DNA of 63,806 nt, counting the filler, from Reclinomonas americana ATCC 50394 (taxonomy: Eukaryota), in assembly GCA_048213135.1 (NCBI GenBank). It is 18 parts of 18 records of this genome, joined end to end, with 100 filler letters (N's around TTAATTAATTAA, not from the genome) between each part and the next. Parts side by side here need not be neighbours in the genome. Positions count along the whole stretch, not along the records: positions 1 to 3,009 come from AFZH01022915.1; positions 3,110 to 8,464 come from AFZH01022916.1; positions 8,565 to 12,273 come from AFZH01022918.1; positions 12,374 to 13,374 come from AFZH01022921.1; 14 more parts are not named here. The stretch is one strand, 5' to 3'. The notes under the pieces were generated by a model. The model saw only the letters and a program-made list of their open reading frames with translations. It was not told where the DNA came from and searched no databases. How positions within the stretch are numbered: position 1 is the first letter of the stretch; each line of letters starts with the position of its first letter. A program made the position numbers and the translations under genes. Shown here in pieces: positions 1 to 13,374 of this stretch.

Positions 1-176
1 CGCTCTCTCTCTCTCGTGTGCATTGATGACACTGAGAGAGACACAGTGCGGCGATGATGATGGCTTGTGCAACAACAACAGGAACACCATACGACGTCCT
101 GCTCTCTCTCTCTCTCTCTCTAGATCTCTTATTGCTATTCCCGCTATTGAGAGACACTGATCTATGCATCGCGCAG

Positions 177-2489
177 GATCTGTGTGCCCCGGATTTCGTG
201 CTGTGTGCCAGCGAGTTGCATCACCTGTGTCGGTGAGTGAGAAAGATGAGAGTCGTGTGCTATCATGCTGGCTTCCTGACAAGGTTGCCGCAGTGAGCAC
301 GTGACGGAGGCTGGAGTGGATCTGTGTGGTGATGGAGTCACATCGCTGGCCACGCTGAAGGAGGCTCCACGACGAAACCAGATATCGTACGGCAATGTGA
401 AGGTTGCGTTCTTTGGTCGCTCGTCATACAAGTCGCCAGTGATGTTGACTTGTGAGAGGCACCACAGATCACTTGCCCACTGTGCCACGCACCCATGGTT
501 TGTGTGTTTCGGTGTGCTTCTCTCTCCGTCTTGCACACCCCGACTGTTACTCTCTCCCTTGCCCTCAGTGCCTTCCCTCAGTTTGCCTCCCTTTTCTCCA
601 CCCCTCCTTCTCTGTTCTCTTCTCTTTTCCTCTCCCTCCCTCTTCAACTTCTACTCTCTCGCCTCCTCACTACCTCTCCCGCGTACGTTGTCGCCCATCC
701 CTTTCCCCTTCTGTGGTGTCTTTCTCTCTCTCTCTCTCTTGTCCCTCTCATTTTCTCTGTCGTTCTCTCATTTTCTGTGCACCCTGTCTCCCGCTACCTC
801 CCTCTCATTCCAGGTGTCTTCCCTCGTTCTCCTCGCACCCTCTTACTCTCAGCCTATAATCTCACTCTGGATGAACAGACGGTGGGCGACTATTACCGCA
901 CACATGGCCTCACGCAGTGCCCGTATGCCTGCGAGCGGTGTGGACAGCAGATGACACTCGATCGCACGGCGGAGCACGAGTGGAGTGGATGCTTGCGCGA
1001 GTGTCCACTCGGGTGTGGAGCGAGGATGGCGCTGAGTGAGATGGTGGAGCACAGCTGGAGTGGGTGCATGCGAGTGTGTCCGCGTGGGTGTCAGCAGCTG
1101 TGCTCGCTGGCGGATATGCAGAGGCATCTTGGTGAGTGCTTTGAAGGAGAGAGAGGCGTGACTTGACACTAATTGTTCTCTTGTGGCAGAAACGGAGTGC
1201 CGACTGCAGCATACAGTGTGTCGTGGTGGTGAACTGGGGTGTGGATGGCGTGGAATCATTGGCGAGAGGGAGGAGCATGAGCGAGTGTGCGATGTGTTGC
1301 GAGTGGAGCGACCGCTGCGAGAGGTGAGTTTGGAATGATGCTGCTGGCCAAATCATGCTGCTGATGTAGCTCGCGCGCGCGTGTGCACAGCTGCATGGCC
1401 GAGTGCGAGAGCTGTCACAACTGGTGGCTCAGGAGAGAGAGGCAAGGCTAGCCGCCGATGAGCGACTGGTCGATTGTGTGGGAATGCTTGTCGAGTGTCG
1501 TAATCAGCTGGCCGGTGAGCGACGTGCGAGACAAGCGACAGATGAGCGTCTTGCTGTATGCACGGAGCGGCTCGCTGTGTGCACTGAGCAACTTGGATCC
1601 GAGCGACGCATGCGGGAGGCACTCGAGAGAGGTGTTGCTGAGGTCTGCGGTTTCTTTCTATGGGTCATGTACGATCATCGGTCCTAATAATGTCTCGTGT
1701 TCGTCTGCAGCTGCTTGATCGTCTCAAACCGCTGGAGGAGCGTGAAAGAGCGATCCACGAACGAGAGACAGATGAAAGAGAACGGCTAGCGAGAGAGCAG
1801 GAGGAGCGAGAGCGGCAGGCCAGAGAGCGAGAGGAGCGAGAGCGGCAGGCCAGAGAGCGAGAGGAGCGGGAGCGATCGGAACGGAAGATTGACAGCGATC
1901 TGCTGAGTGCGGCGGATGGACGAGTGGTGCTGCAATGGGTGCGGCAAGCACGTGGTGGTGGGAGTGTGCCCAAGTTGACGCTGCTGTTTAAGGGCAGTCG
2001 AGATGGATTTGCGGCCGCCACATTCCATCAGCGATGTGACAATCGTGGGTGAGTGATTGAGGGAAGGGAGAGCTTGTTGCACACGGTGATTGATTGGTGT
2101 GCAGAGCGACGCTGACAGTGGTCAAGTCGTCGACGGGACGAGTGTGTGGCGGATACACACCTGTGTCGTGGCGGTCAGGAGACGCGTGTACAGCTGACCC
2201 CTCCGGCGCCAGTTATTTGTTCTCAGCATCGTGGAGTGGTGCAAGTGCCCGACGCTTTGCACTGAAGGACGATCAGAAACAGAAGGCCGTTTATCACCAC
2301 TCTAACTATGGACCAGTTTTCTACGGTGGAAGTGACCTTTGCTTGTTCGACAAGTGCAACAGCGACAACAGCAGCTACAGCAACCCTCTTTCGTACCAGA
2401 GCACCGACGGCGGAGCATTGGACAGGACGACACTGATGGGATCGCGGAACTTCCAAGTGGCCGACTACGAAGTCTTTCTCGTTGAGTGA
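177..2489 (+). CDS. RING-like/TRAF-type zinc finger - coiled coil - TLDc protein, copy A (5' partial, multi-exon)
   Basis: Spliced exons DLCAPDFVLCASELHHLCR|EHVTEAG..NVK|ITCPLCHAPM|TVGDYY..CPYACERC..EHEWSGCLRECPLGC (TRAF-like Cys/His fingers), E/R-rich coil, then TLDc motifs LLFKGSRDGF..FHQRCDNRG|ATLTVVKS..GGYT..W..GPVF..FQVADYEVF*; GT-AG introns. Confidence 0.85.
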
Positions 2490-2639
2490 ATGATCGATGA
2501 TGGAGAGTGACATTCCTGCATGTACAGCAACTTCTCTGGCACGCATCAGCAGCAGCTCTGCAGCTCTCACGACGCTTGATTTTGATGCGGGACACGATTG
2601 ACATTCATTTATCACAAGGCGAGAAGTGAGCTGGGGTGA

Positions 2640-2940
2640 ATGGGTTTCGAGGCCGTGCGTGAGGGTGGTGGAGAAGGCAGTGGCTCGGCCTCTGCTCCTC
2701 CTCCTCCTCCTCCTGCCTCGGATGAACAGATTGTTCTCGAGCAGCAAGTGATGCGACTCAGTGATGAGGAACAATATGTGTTTCGCGTGGTGCGCGCTGT
2801 GCATCGTCGTCCTCCTTCAGAGGAGGGAGAGGAGGAGGATGTGAAGCCACCGCGTGTGTGGATGGAGCAAGTCGCGCAAGAGTCGCGAGTATTGGCGGAC
2901 GAGTATCTGTGCCCAGTGTGTTTGGTGAGTGTGTGTGAAG

Positions 2941-3009
<69 letters not shown>

Positions 3010-5680
3010 NNNNNNNNNNNNNNNNNNNNNNNNNNNNNNNNNNNNNNNNNNNNTTAATTAATTAANNNNNNNNNNNNNNNNNNNNNNNNNNNNNNNNNNN
3101 NNNNNNNNNGAGAGAGAGCGAGAAGAAGAAGAGGTAGGGCAAGATGCAGAGCCCGCATTCGATGCTCCTCTCTCTCTCTCTCTCTGTTGTTTGTGTGCAT
3201 TGATGGCACTGACAGTGCCGTGAGATGATGATGACTTGCACAACAACAACAGCAACAACATACACGACGTCGTGTTCTCTCTCTCTCTCTTTCCCGCTAT
3301 TGAGAGACACTGATCTCTGCATCGCGCAGGACCTGTGTGCTCCGGATTTCGTGCTGTGTGCCAGCGAGTTGCATCACCTGTGCCGGTGAGTAAGTGAGGA
3401 GAGTAGCGCTTCATGCTGGCTTCCTGACAAGGGTGACGCGCAGTGAGCATGTGACAGAAGCTGGAGTGGATCTGTGTGGCGATGGAGTCACATCGCTGGC
3501 CACGCTGAAGGAGGCCTCGCGACGGAACCACATATCCTTTGGCAACGTGAAGGTTGCGTTCTTTGGTCGCTCGTCATACAAGTCGCCAGTGATGTTGAAT
3601 TGTGAGAGGCACCACAGGTCACTTGTCCACTGTGCCATGCACCCATGGTTTGTGTGTTTCTTTATCCCTCTCCCTCCATCTTGCACACTCCGTCGGTTTC
3701 TCTCTCCCTTGCACTCAATACCTTCCCTCAGTTTGCCTCCCATTTCTCCACCCCTCCTTCTCTGTTCTCTTCTCTTTTCCTCTCCCTCCCTCTTCAACTT
3801 CTACTCCCTCGCCTCCTGTCTACCTCTCCCTGGTACGTTGTCGCAGATCCCTTTCCCTTTCTGTGGTGTCTTTCTCTCTCTCTTGTCCCTTTCATTGTCA
3901 GTGTCATTCTCTCATTTTCTTTGCACCCTGACATTCTCTCCTTCTATCTTTCGCTGCCTCTCTTGCCCTCCTTTCATGTATGGTGTCTTCCCTCGTACTC
4001 TTCGCTCCCTCTCAATCTCATTGTCTAATCTGTCCTCTCACTCTGGATGAACAGACGGTGGGCGACTATTACCGCACACATGCTCTGACGCAGTGTCCGT
4101 ATGCCTGCGAGCGGTGTGGAGAGCAGATGACACTCGATCGCACGGTGGAGCATGAGTGGAGTGGATGCTTGCGGGAGTGTCCTCTCGGTTGCGGAGCGAG
4201 GATGGCACTGAGTGAGATGGTGGAACACAGTTGGAGTGGGTGCATGCGGTCGTGCCCACGTGGATGTCAGCAGCGCTGTTCATTGGCGGATTTGCAGCGG
4301 CATCTTGGTGAGTGCTGTGAAAGAGAGAAGAGTGTATCGTGACACTGATGTGGTGTCTCTGTGGCAGAAACGGAGTGCCGACTGCAGCACACGGTGTGCC
4401 GAGGTGATGAACTGGGGTGTGGATGGCGTGGAATCATTGGGGAGAGGGAGGAGCATGAGCGAGTGTGCGACGTGTTGCGAGTGGAGCGACCGCTGCGAGA
4501 GGTTTGTTTTCGGAGATGGGCAATGCTGCCTGTCATTCGTGCAGCTAATGTGGGTCGTACTTGTGTGCGCAGCTGCATGGCCGAGTGCGAGAGCTGTCGC
4601 AGATGGTGGCTGAAAGCAGGGAGCAACTGGCTCAGGAGAGTCAGGCGAGACAAGCTGTTGAGGAGCGACTGGTCGATTGTGTGGGGATGCTTGTCGAGTG
4701 TCGCCAGCAACTCACTGGTGAGCAACGGGCGAGGCAAGCGACAGATGAGCGGCTCGCTGTGTGCACCGAGCAACTAGGATCGGAGCGTCGCATGCGTGAA
4801 GCTCTCGAGAGAGGAGTTGCTGAGGTCTTTTGCGATGAATTTGGCTTGTACATCGCTCCTCTTCTCATTTCATTCTCCTGTTTATCTGCAGCTGCTTGAT
4901 CGTCTCAAACCGCTGGAGGAGCGTGAAAGAGCGATCCAGGAACGAGAGACGGCTGAGCGGGAGCGGCTGGCCAGAGAGCAGGAGGAGCGCGAGCGGCAAG
5001 CCAGAGAGCGAGAGGAACGGGAGCGGCAGGCCAGGGAACAAGAGGAGCGGGAGCGAGCGGAACGGAAGATTGACAGTGATCTGCTGAGTGCTGTGGATGG
5101 AAGAGTGGTGCTGGAGTGGGTGCAGCAGGCGCGAGGCGGGAAGGTGCCCAAGTTGACGTTGCTGTTCAAGGGCAGTCGAGATGGGTTTGCGGCAGCCACA
5201 TTCCATCAGAAATGTGACAATCGCGGGTGAGTGGTTTGGAGAAAGGGAAGAGTGGTTGTTTGCTCGGTGACCGACGTGGCTGTGCGCAGAGCGACGCTGA
5301 CTGTGGCCAAGTCGTCGACAGGACGAGTGTGTGGCGGATACACACCTGTGTCGTGGCAATCTCCCGCAATAGGCGCTTACGCCGTCGATTCATCTGGCAC
5401 CAGCTTCTTGTTCTCGGCGTCGTGGAGTGGAGCAAGTGTCCGACGCTTTGCACTCAAGGACGATCAGAAACAATATGCCGTTGTTCACGGTTCTGGATAT
5501 GGGCCTACATTCGGTGGAGGGCACAGCCTTATCCTGTATGACAACTGCAACAGCAACAGCGGCAGCTACAGCAACCCTGTCTCGTACCAGAGCACCGACA
5601 GAGGAGCATTGGACAACACGACACTGATGGGATCGCGGAACTTCCAAGTGGCCGACTACGAAGTCTTCCTCGTTGAATGA
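2640..5680 (+). CDS. RING-like/TRAF-type zinc finger - coiled coil - TLDc protein, copy B (spans linker at 3054)
   Basis: ATG 2640; exon 1 ends EYLCPVCL|gtgagt; after the gap the exon series matches copy A, ending ..FQVADYEVFLVE* at 5680. Confidence 0.85.
3010..3109. other. Artificial contig linker (N-run + TTAATTAATTAA + N-run); first of 17
   Basis: Identical 12-mer with stops in all frames at 3054, 8509, 12318, 13419, 17617, 20149, 23513, 26268, 28191, 31470, 33733, 39080, 43094, 44928, 48488, 56139, 58533. Confidence 0.97.
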
Positions 5681-5848
5681 ATGAGCGCTGTTGGTGAGCC
5701 GCTACTTTAAACCGCCTTCTATGCAGCAGCAAAAACAGCAGTCGCACTTTGCAGCTCACATCTCTCTCTCTCTCTCTCTCGTGTGTACCAGACTGACATG
5801 ATAAAGAAAGTTGTGAAAAAGTACATTAGCCTTCCTGCCACTACGCCT

Positions 5849-7530
5849 CTACATTCGCGCATACTCGTCATAGCTGCCGCTATCGTCCCCGGCCGCCAGC
5901 AGCTTCTCATTTAACCTTATCCACTCCTGAATCTCCTGCTGCGCCGAGCCAAACACGCGCTTCATCTCCTCCGTCGTTTGCCACTGCTGCGTGGTCTGCG
6001 CCTCGCGCTGCTCCAGCAGGTAGCGCACCATTTGATTCTTCACCGCCAGCGTCTCCACCAGACTCGAATACGACTCCATCAGGGCCTTGCGCAGGGCCAC
6101 CTCGCGGGGCAGGTCGTCGGCCACCACAGTGATGGCTTCTTGGAAGGGTTTGTCGCAGAGGCGTCGACATTCGGCCACGTAGTCCTGCGGGAAGGGGGAA
6201 GGGAGAAGGAGGAGAAGGAGGAGAGGGCAACAAAGTGTGAGTTATATTAATGTGCTGGACGCCCAGCCACGCCTGTTGAAACGGCCCTTGGTTGTAGGAG
6301 AGACGCAACATGGTACTTGGCAAGGAACATTTCCATGGCGGGCGACGGAGAGTTCCACGTGGATGACAGGGAGTCGGCAAAGTGTTGAATTTCATCGAGG
6401 TCGCGCTGCGTACGTGAGTTGCAATGAGGTCGAGCATACAGCGGGACACGACACAGTGGAGACGAAACATGTAGCAGATGCATGTCGCGCTCCAGCGCTG
6501 ATCGCTTCTCCTGCTCACGCCAGCGAAGTCTCTCGATGATTCCGTCGCAGTCAGCGCGTGTTTCGTCTTCAATTCTGTGGGGAGACAACAAGGGATGAGA
6601 CGAGGCGGAGAAGGAGAAGAAGGGAAGGAGATTGTGCAAGGAGACAGACTGCATCCTCCGACACTGTCAGTGATATCAACTCTGTGCTCATTCTGAAAAA
6701 TGCAATCATATCAGACAGTTCTGCATTGATTGCACCTCCAGGGACTTGAACAGAGAGTTAAAGGACCAAAAGCAGCAAGATCATCGCCCAGTGCACACTC
6801 TCCCAAGAACGCGAATAACGCTCCCATGGTAACACTCAGAATTCATAGAGCAGAGGCTGAACAAAGTTGATAAACATGCAGCTCACACTCTCTGCAAGAC
6901 TACAGACATTGCTCATAGATCAGAGGCTGAACAAAGTTGATACACATGTAGCAACTCTCTCTGCAAGACTACAGACAATGACATCGAAACACGACAGAGA
7001 CGAATGCAGTGCGACGCACACCTGCAGCAGAAATCACTGAACAGGCGATCGCACCAGAAGTTGCGCTACTCCCGCGCAACAGACAGTAACAACAACATCT
7101 AACCGCTTCTACAACGACTCAGACGATCACGATGAACACGAAGCATGACACAGAGAAATCGTAGAAGGACTGTCTGTCATGACAGCCGACGACTCGAAAC
7201 TGCGCAACGCAAGTTTGGCGAGACGCGAAAGAAACACACTTCCTTTCCCTCCTGCATCCCTTTCCCTTCTCTCTCCCTCTCCCTCCTCCCTCCCGCGAGA
7301 CTCACAATGCACGCTGCCGATGCACAACATCCACTCGCTCCTCCAACCTCTGCAGCTGCACGCGCAAACGATCGCGCTTCGCCAGCAGCGGTCCGTGGAT
7401 GAGATTCATCAGCACGCCGAGCTGCACGCGAAAGTCTTGCGCCACACGCGGGTCCACAGGCTTGTCCGGGACAGGTGGTGGAGCGGGGGCAGCGGGTGGA
7501 GGTGGTGGTGGTGGTGGGGCTGCGAAGGGG
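5849..7530 (-). CDS. Coiled-coil protein, C-terminal exons (resembles the tail of protist B-box proteins)
   Basis: Exons ..AKRDRLRVQLQRLEERVDVV.., IEDETRADCDGIIERLRWREQEKRSALERD, ..DLDEIQHFADSL.., ..CRRLCDKPFQEAITVVADDLPREV..YARM*; the B-box itself is not seen. Confidence 0.5.
6843..6978. repeat. Two-copy ~70-bp direct repeat (intronic)
   Basis: tcataga-cagaggctgaacaaagttgata-acatg..ctctctgcaagactacagaca occurs twice. Confidence 0.8.
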
Positions 7531-7839
7531 AGGGAGAAGGAGGGAGTGAGAAAGGGAGACAAGGAAATGAGTGATACAGAAGCGGAGAATGAGTGCGTGT
7601 GGGAAGGGAACGACGTGCAGCAGAGAAGGGGGCAGAGACAGTGAGCAGAATGGAGGCAAGCAGCTGGGAGAGAAGACAACGAGGTGGAACGGATAAAGCA
7701 GCTGGGAAAGAAAGCAACGAGGCGTGACTGCTGAAGCAGCTGGGAGCAGAGTGGACGGAGAAGCACAGACAGAAAAAAGAGAAAGGAAGAGGAGAGGAAA
7801 GCAAGCAGATGCAGCATGGATGCAAGAGAAACGCAGAAG

Positions 7840-8464
7840 CTGAAGGAGTGGAGAGGACAGCGAGAGCAGTAGAGAGAAGGATAGAACGAAAGAATACAAG
7901 AAGGCAAGAGATAGGAGTAAAGGAGTGGAGAGGACAGCACAAGAGAGGAAGAAATGAGGGCAGCGAAGCAGGAGAAGACAAGGCAGTGGCAAAGAGAAAG
8001 GAGTGATCACAAGACTGGGATGACTGAGCTGCAAGGAGAGGAGTGAAGGCAGTGCGATCCAGGCGAGGCAAGAGAAGAAAGACAATGTGCAGAGACGAGA
8101 AACTGGGCTGCATAGGCAAGAGTGAGAGGCAAGAGGACGAATGAATGTGGGCACGAGTGAAAGGAGGAAAGTGGAAGACGGGAGTTAAAGGAGTGAAGAG
8201 GACAGCGAGGCAAAGAGAGAGGAGTGACCACAAGATTAGAACGATTGAGCTGCAAAGAGAGGGGTGAAGGCAACGCAATCAAGCGAGACAGAGACGAGAA
8301 ACTGGGCTGCACAGGCATGAGTGAGGAGCAAGAGAAAGAATGAGAAGTGATGGACAGGAGTGAAAGGAGGAAAGAGAGAGAGACAGGAGTAAAGGAGTGA
8401 AGAGGACAGCACAAGAGAGGAAGAGGTGAACACAAGATTGGAATGACTGAGCTGCAAAGAGAGG
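7840..8464. repeat. Degenerate ~200-220-bp purine-rich tandem repeat
   Basis: Recurring cacaaga..tgagctgcaa (about 8008, 8230, 8431), gagacgagaaactgggctgca and ggagtg-agaggacagc motifs. Confidence 0.7.
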
Positions 8465-8564
8465 NNNNNNNNNNNNNNNNNNNNNNNNNNNNNNNNNNNN
8501 NNNNNNNNTTAATTAATTAANNNNNNNNNNNNNNNNNNNNNNNNNNNNNNNNNNNNNNNNNNNN

Positions 8565-9095
8565 AGACTGAGAGAGAAAGAAGGGGGAGAGAGACTGAGA
8601 GTGAAAGAGAAGGGAGAGAGAGATTGAGAGTGAAAGAAGGGAGAGAGAGAGACTGAGAGAGAAAGAGAAGCGGGAGAGAGATTGAGAGAAAGAGAAGCGG
8701 GAAAGAGACTGAGAGTGAAAGAAGCGGGAGAGAGACTGAGAGAGAAAGAGAAGGGAGAGAGAGACTGAGAGAGAAGCGGGAGAGAGATTGAGAGAAAGAG
8801 AAGCGGGAGAGAGATTGAGAGAAAGAGAAGCGGGAGAGAGAGACTGAGAGTGAAAGAAGGGGGAGAGGGACTGAGAGATAAAGAGAAGCGGGAGAGAGAC
8901 TGAGAGAGAAAGAGGAGGGGAGAGAGACTGAGAGTGAAAGAAGGGGGAGAGAGACTGAGAGAGAAAGAAAAGCGGGAGAGAGATTGAGAGAAATAGAAGC
9001 GGGAGAGAGACTGAGAGTGAAAGAGAAGGGGGAGAGAGACTGAGAGAGAAAGAGAAGCGGGAGAGAGATTGAGAGAAAGAGAAGCGGGAGAGAGA
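8565..9095. repeat. GA-rich minisatellite, left half
   Basis: ~25-30-bp units such as gagagaga(c/t)tgagag(a/t)gaaagagaagcgg. Confidence 0.9.
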
Positions 9096-9116
9096 CCCCG
9101 GTAGACCGCGACCCAG
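9096..9116 (+). repeat. Left terminal inverted repeat
   Basis: ccccggtagaccgcgacccag. Confidence 0.85.
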
Positions 9117-9546
9117 CAAACCTCGGATTCCGCACTGTCGGGCAGGTTTTCCGTCGTTTTCCGCGCATTTCTGCACGATCACAGCCTTTTGGGACCGGCA
9201 GTTGGTGGACGTTCTTCATGCATCCGGTGAGAGAAGAGAGCGGTTTGCAGACTGATGATGTGTCGCGCGGTGTTGTGCAGTGTACACTGCTAATTATCGC
9301 ATTCCCAACACTCCGAACCCATGTCTCTCACTCTCGCTGAGTCGAACTGACTCTCTGATCGTCTCTCCCACTCAGACGTCAGCCATGCTGACTTGGTGCA
9401 CGAAGCGCTCACAGTCACAGCCTTCATTGAGAGCATCATCAGCAGCACGGTTGCAAGGACACATGCATCAGCCTCTCTCTCTCTCTCTCTGCGTCTCTCT
9501 CGCACTATCCTGTGTGGTTGTGGGTGGGTGGGCGGGCCACCACTCG

Positions 9547-9581
<35 letters not shown>

Positions 9582-10949
9582 TCACTCTCTGCAGCTGTCA
9601 TTCGGTGCGCGTGACTGCTGATGGTGTCCGCAAACAAACAAGCAAAGTCTACGCTCTTCTACTCCACTGTACACGCACTGCTGACATGCGTGTGTGTGGC
9701 ATCTCACCCGTACCCTGATGATCCATACGGCCTCTCAGTGCGGCACAGGCCACTGCGAGTGTCGAGTGCGTGAGATGACGGATGTCGGCACGCAAGTGCT
9801 GCAGTGCATGGACAACCTCACATATACATGCACAGAAGAACTTGCTATGGCACACTCGAGCGACACACAAACACACGCGCACACACACACGAAGACGAGC
9901 GCGCGGAAACGACACAAGTGAAGAAGAGCGACGGGAATCTTGAAAATTCACTTGCTTTACTGTCTTGCACCGACGTGCTCCCGCGAGGGTTGCCCGTTGC
10001 GTGGTGCGTCTTGCTGTCTGTCAGACAGCAGTGTGTGCGCTGGGAGCTGATGCGCACGTGCAGAGAGAGAGAGAGAGCGTGCGCTTCGTGTGCAATTGTG
10101 TACATTGGCTGTCTTGTTGTCGTTGCAGCACAGGCAGGAGCGAGTGCCTGAGCGAGTGCCTAAACGAGTGCGAGAGGGAGTGAGAGAGAGCGAGAGAAAG
10201 GGGAGGAGCTTGCGTGTGTGTGTGTGTTTGTGTGTGACACAAGAGCGGGAGAGTGGCTGCATGTGTGTCATACGCGCGCGTGTTTGCGCTCCATGTGAGT
10301 GTGAGAGAGTGTGTGTGTGTGAGAGAGAGAGCGTGCTTGTGTGCTTAGGAGGGAGTAGTAGAGTGGCTGTGTTGCACTGTGCTGCGTTGTTGCTGCTGCT
10401 GCACGAACGAGTGGTTGAGTGAGTGCGAGGAAATGTGAGAGAGAGAGAGAGAGCGAGCGTGCTTGTATGCTTGTGAGGACAAGAGCGAGAGAATGTGTGT
10501 GTGTGTGTGCGCGCGCTTGTGTATGTGTGCGTGTGTGTGTGAGAGAGAGAGAGGAGGGAGAACGAATCGAGTACCCGTGTGCGTGCGCCTTGTCTCCTCA
10601 GCATTCGTCGCGCGTGCACATCTATGGCTGCTGCCTTGTAGCAGCTTTGCCGGTGGGCTCTGCTGAAAACAAGACGCAGCCAACGGACGCCGCCGTCGTC
10701 GGCCGGCGCAGCAAGTTGTCGAGATTATCCGAAATTCGCAGTGGTGAGCCTTGTCTCGACTGTGTGGTTGAGGCTTCGGTGCAAACACGTCCAACGTCGC
10801 GGGTGCAGGCACCGCCCATTATGTGTGTCTCGTTGATGCGTGTCGATGTGCGGACCACTGAATGAAAGCATCATGATATCGTGTTCATGACAAACAAGCT
10901 GTTATTGATCGATGTGCCCGTGTGCGACGATTGGTGCAAAGATCTTCAA

Positions 10950-12060
10950 GGGCCCTGTGTGCCACGCCAATCCAGTGACAAGTTAAGGTCGGTACTGAAG
11001 TATTCTCATGTCGCTTCGTGGCAAAAACGACATGAAACGTGCTCCAGCCGCAGAATCTGAGTCAATTTGCTAAGAGTTTGCACTCAAAGTCGGCCAAAGC
11101 ATTTCTTCGACCCTGTTTCGTGATCCTGAAGGGCACAAAGAAAAAGGCGAAGTGCGCTGGAAACCGCATGTCTCACTGAGTGCGGAGCATGCTTGGTTGG
11201 GGTCGTAGTGCAAGTGGGAGAGGAGCTGCGGAGGAATACATTCCAGAAATTTTCCACTCGACCGGCCGACCGCAAAAACCCACTGATTAATCATTTCCCA
11301 TCAGTGGCTCAGCGTCTATCAGCGACCAACACTAACTTGCCACTGTGACTCAAAGGAAGACACGATTCTCAGGGCAGCCATCATTCATTTGGAGATCGTA
11401 CAATCGCCGACTGGCCATGGGGCCGAGTGTGCTTGCGGCGACACTCTGCCAGTGAGCAATGAAGCGATTGCTGATGTCGTTGAGAGGCAAGCCCTGCTTC
11501 TCGGCTGCTCGCACTTGAGCGGGGAGCTCACGACGGCGGTTGACGAGCGTCTCATTCGCGTGCTGGAAGAGAACATCGTCTGCCACCTCGCTCCTCGACG
11601 CGGCACCACAGCGCTGAAGAGCAAGGCGGAGACAGTGGACAGCTCTGCTCCTGCAGCTGGACTCCCGCAGCGACTGCAGGTGGTGCACTCCAGCTTTCGT
11701 GGTGGCTCCAAAGGCAACATCGCCGCTCAGTGCCTCGCAAAGCGCTGCTGCCGTCGCCACCTGCACGTTTGTTATTGCCAAATTCGTGTGAGGGGCACAC
11801 TTGGAATCACACGCAACGCACACTTACAACGACAGACTTGAGGCCAGTGAGATCTCGGAGGAGCAGCCGATTTGAGCAGGTTGGTCTGGAGGGTGGAGGA
11901 GCGGAGGGCGGCGCGAGGGTGTTATCCGGCTCCACTGTCTGCGATGATTATCACGCCTCGTTGGTCGGGCAAGTTCACAGCTACTGCGCATGCAGAGGGT
12001 ACGAACCGATGCTGGCACTCGGCAGATTATGCAGCGAGGCGCGGTGTCGGTGTGTGTGAG
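10950..12060 (+). pseudogene. Possible decayed transposase fragments inside the TIR element
   Basis: Complex, stop-interrupted sequence; fragments KSLHSKSAKAFLRPCFVILKG, RQALLLG..TAVDERLIRVL and LVGQVHSY only weakly recall EnSpm-type transposases. Confidence 0.25.
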
Positions 12061-13243
12061 AGAAGGAATCAATCTCCGACATGCATGCATCGTAAATGCA
12101 GTGGTCGCGCCAGAGAGCGCGGATGCAGCACTCGTTGAGTACGCATCCTCGAGGCACATTACTCGCTGACCTACGCAGTCGACAGAAAGGTTGAGAGGAG
12201 ACTCGCACACTCACAGACAAGTGTGTGCACCTTACGAGTGTTTGACGTACGCCGATTCCGTCCACAGCTCCCCNNNNNNNNNNNNNNNNNNNNNNNNNNN
12301 NNNNNNNNNNNNNNNNNTTAATTAATTAANNNNNNNNNNNNNNNNNNNNNNNNNNNNNNNNNNNNNNNNNNNNCCAGTGCCCCCGCATACTTCACTTCTC
12401 GCGGTCGACGATGCGTGTGTCCTTGCTCCCTTGACGCACTGCAACGGCACTCACTGGGCGACTCGGCACCACTCTCGCTGGAGCTCATTCAGGAGGGACA
12501 AACACTGGTGACAGATCCGTCTGTCGCGCTGCGCTCGCGTCGGATATCCGCTTCTTGTTTGTGCTTTGTGAGAAAGCATCACGCGCGCGACCCATGTGGC
12601 CGGAAGCATCGAGCGCGCTCGGCCTGTGAGCGTGGTGTGAAAGCGACACTCGTGGTACCGGCTGCGAGTGCGTGAGCTTGTTGCTGTGTCTTCGATCTGC
12701 ACGCAGAAACGCGACTCCAACTGACGCGCGCGCACAGATGCAAGGCGCAGATGGCACCTGTGGCTCGCATGGAGGCTGCATTCTCTGCAGGTGAGCATAC
12801 GCGTGTGCATGTGTGATTGCAACTCTGTGTGTGTGTGGTTGTGCACAGCAGGAGAAGGGGTGCAGAGGTTTTGATGTTCGCGCGCAGTGAAATGCATGTT
12901 TGTGTGTGGAGTTGGCGCCAACACTGACACATTGCTTTGTCGCCCCTTCTCTGCGCCAGGCGAAGCTGATGATGTGGGTAAGTCGATGTCAAATCACGCA
13001 ATGCATTATGACAGCTAGCAGTCGATGCAACTCTCATGGTGTGCTCCTCCACTGCAGGAGTTCTCTGCAGCTGGCTGGCACCGATGGATGCCCTGCAGCT
13101 GGGCGTGACGGCATTCGAGGATGGACAAGGCCCACCGTTGATGTTGCGTTATTGTGTGTTGTGATCGCTCTCCTGCACGCGATACCGTCGTCTCCTCGTC
13201 TCTTCTCCTCTCTCTCTCTCTCTCTCTCCCTCCTCTGTGTCGC

Positions 13244-13374
13244 GGCCTGCGTGGTTGGGTGGGTATGCTGCCTGTCTCGTCGTCTCTTGCTGTGTGCCGC
13301 AGCCTGCGTGGTTGGGTGGGTGTGCTGCCTGTCTCGCCGTCTCTTGCTGTGTGCCGCAGCCTGCGTGGATGGTT
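13244..13374. repeat. ~57-bp tandem repeat inside the element, cut by gap
   Basis: gcctgcgtggttgggtgggt(a/g)tgctgcctgtctcg-cgtctcttgctgtgtgccgca, two copies plus a partial. Confidence 0.8.
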
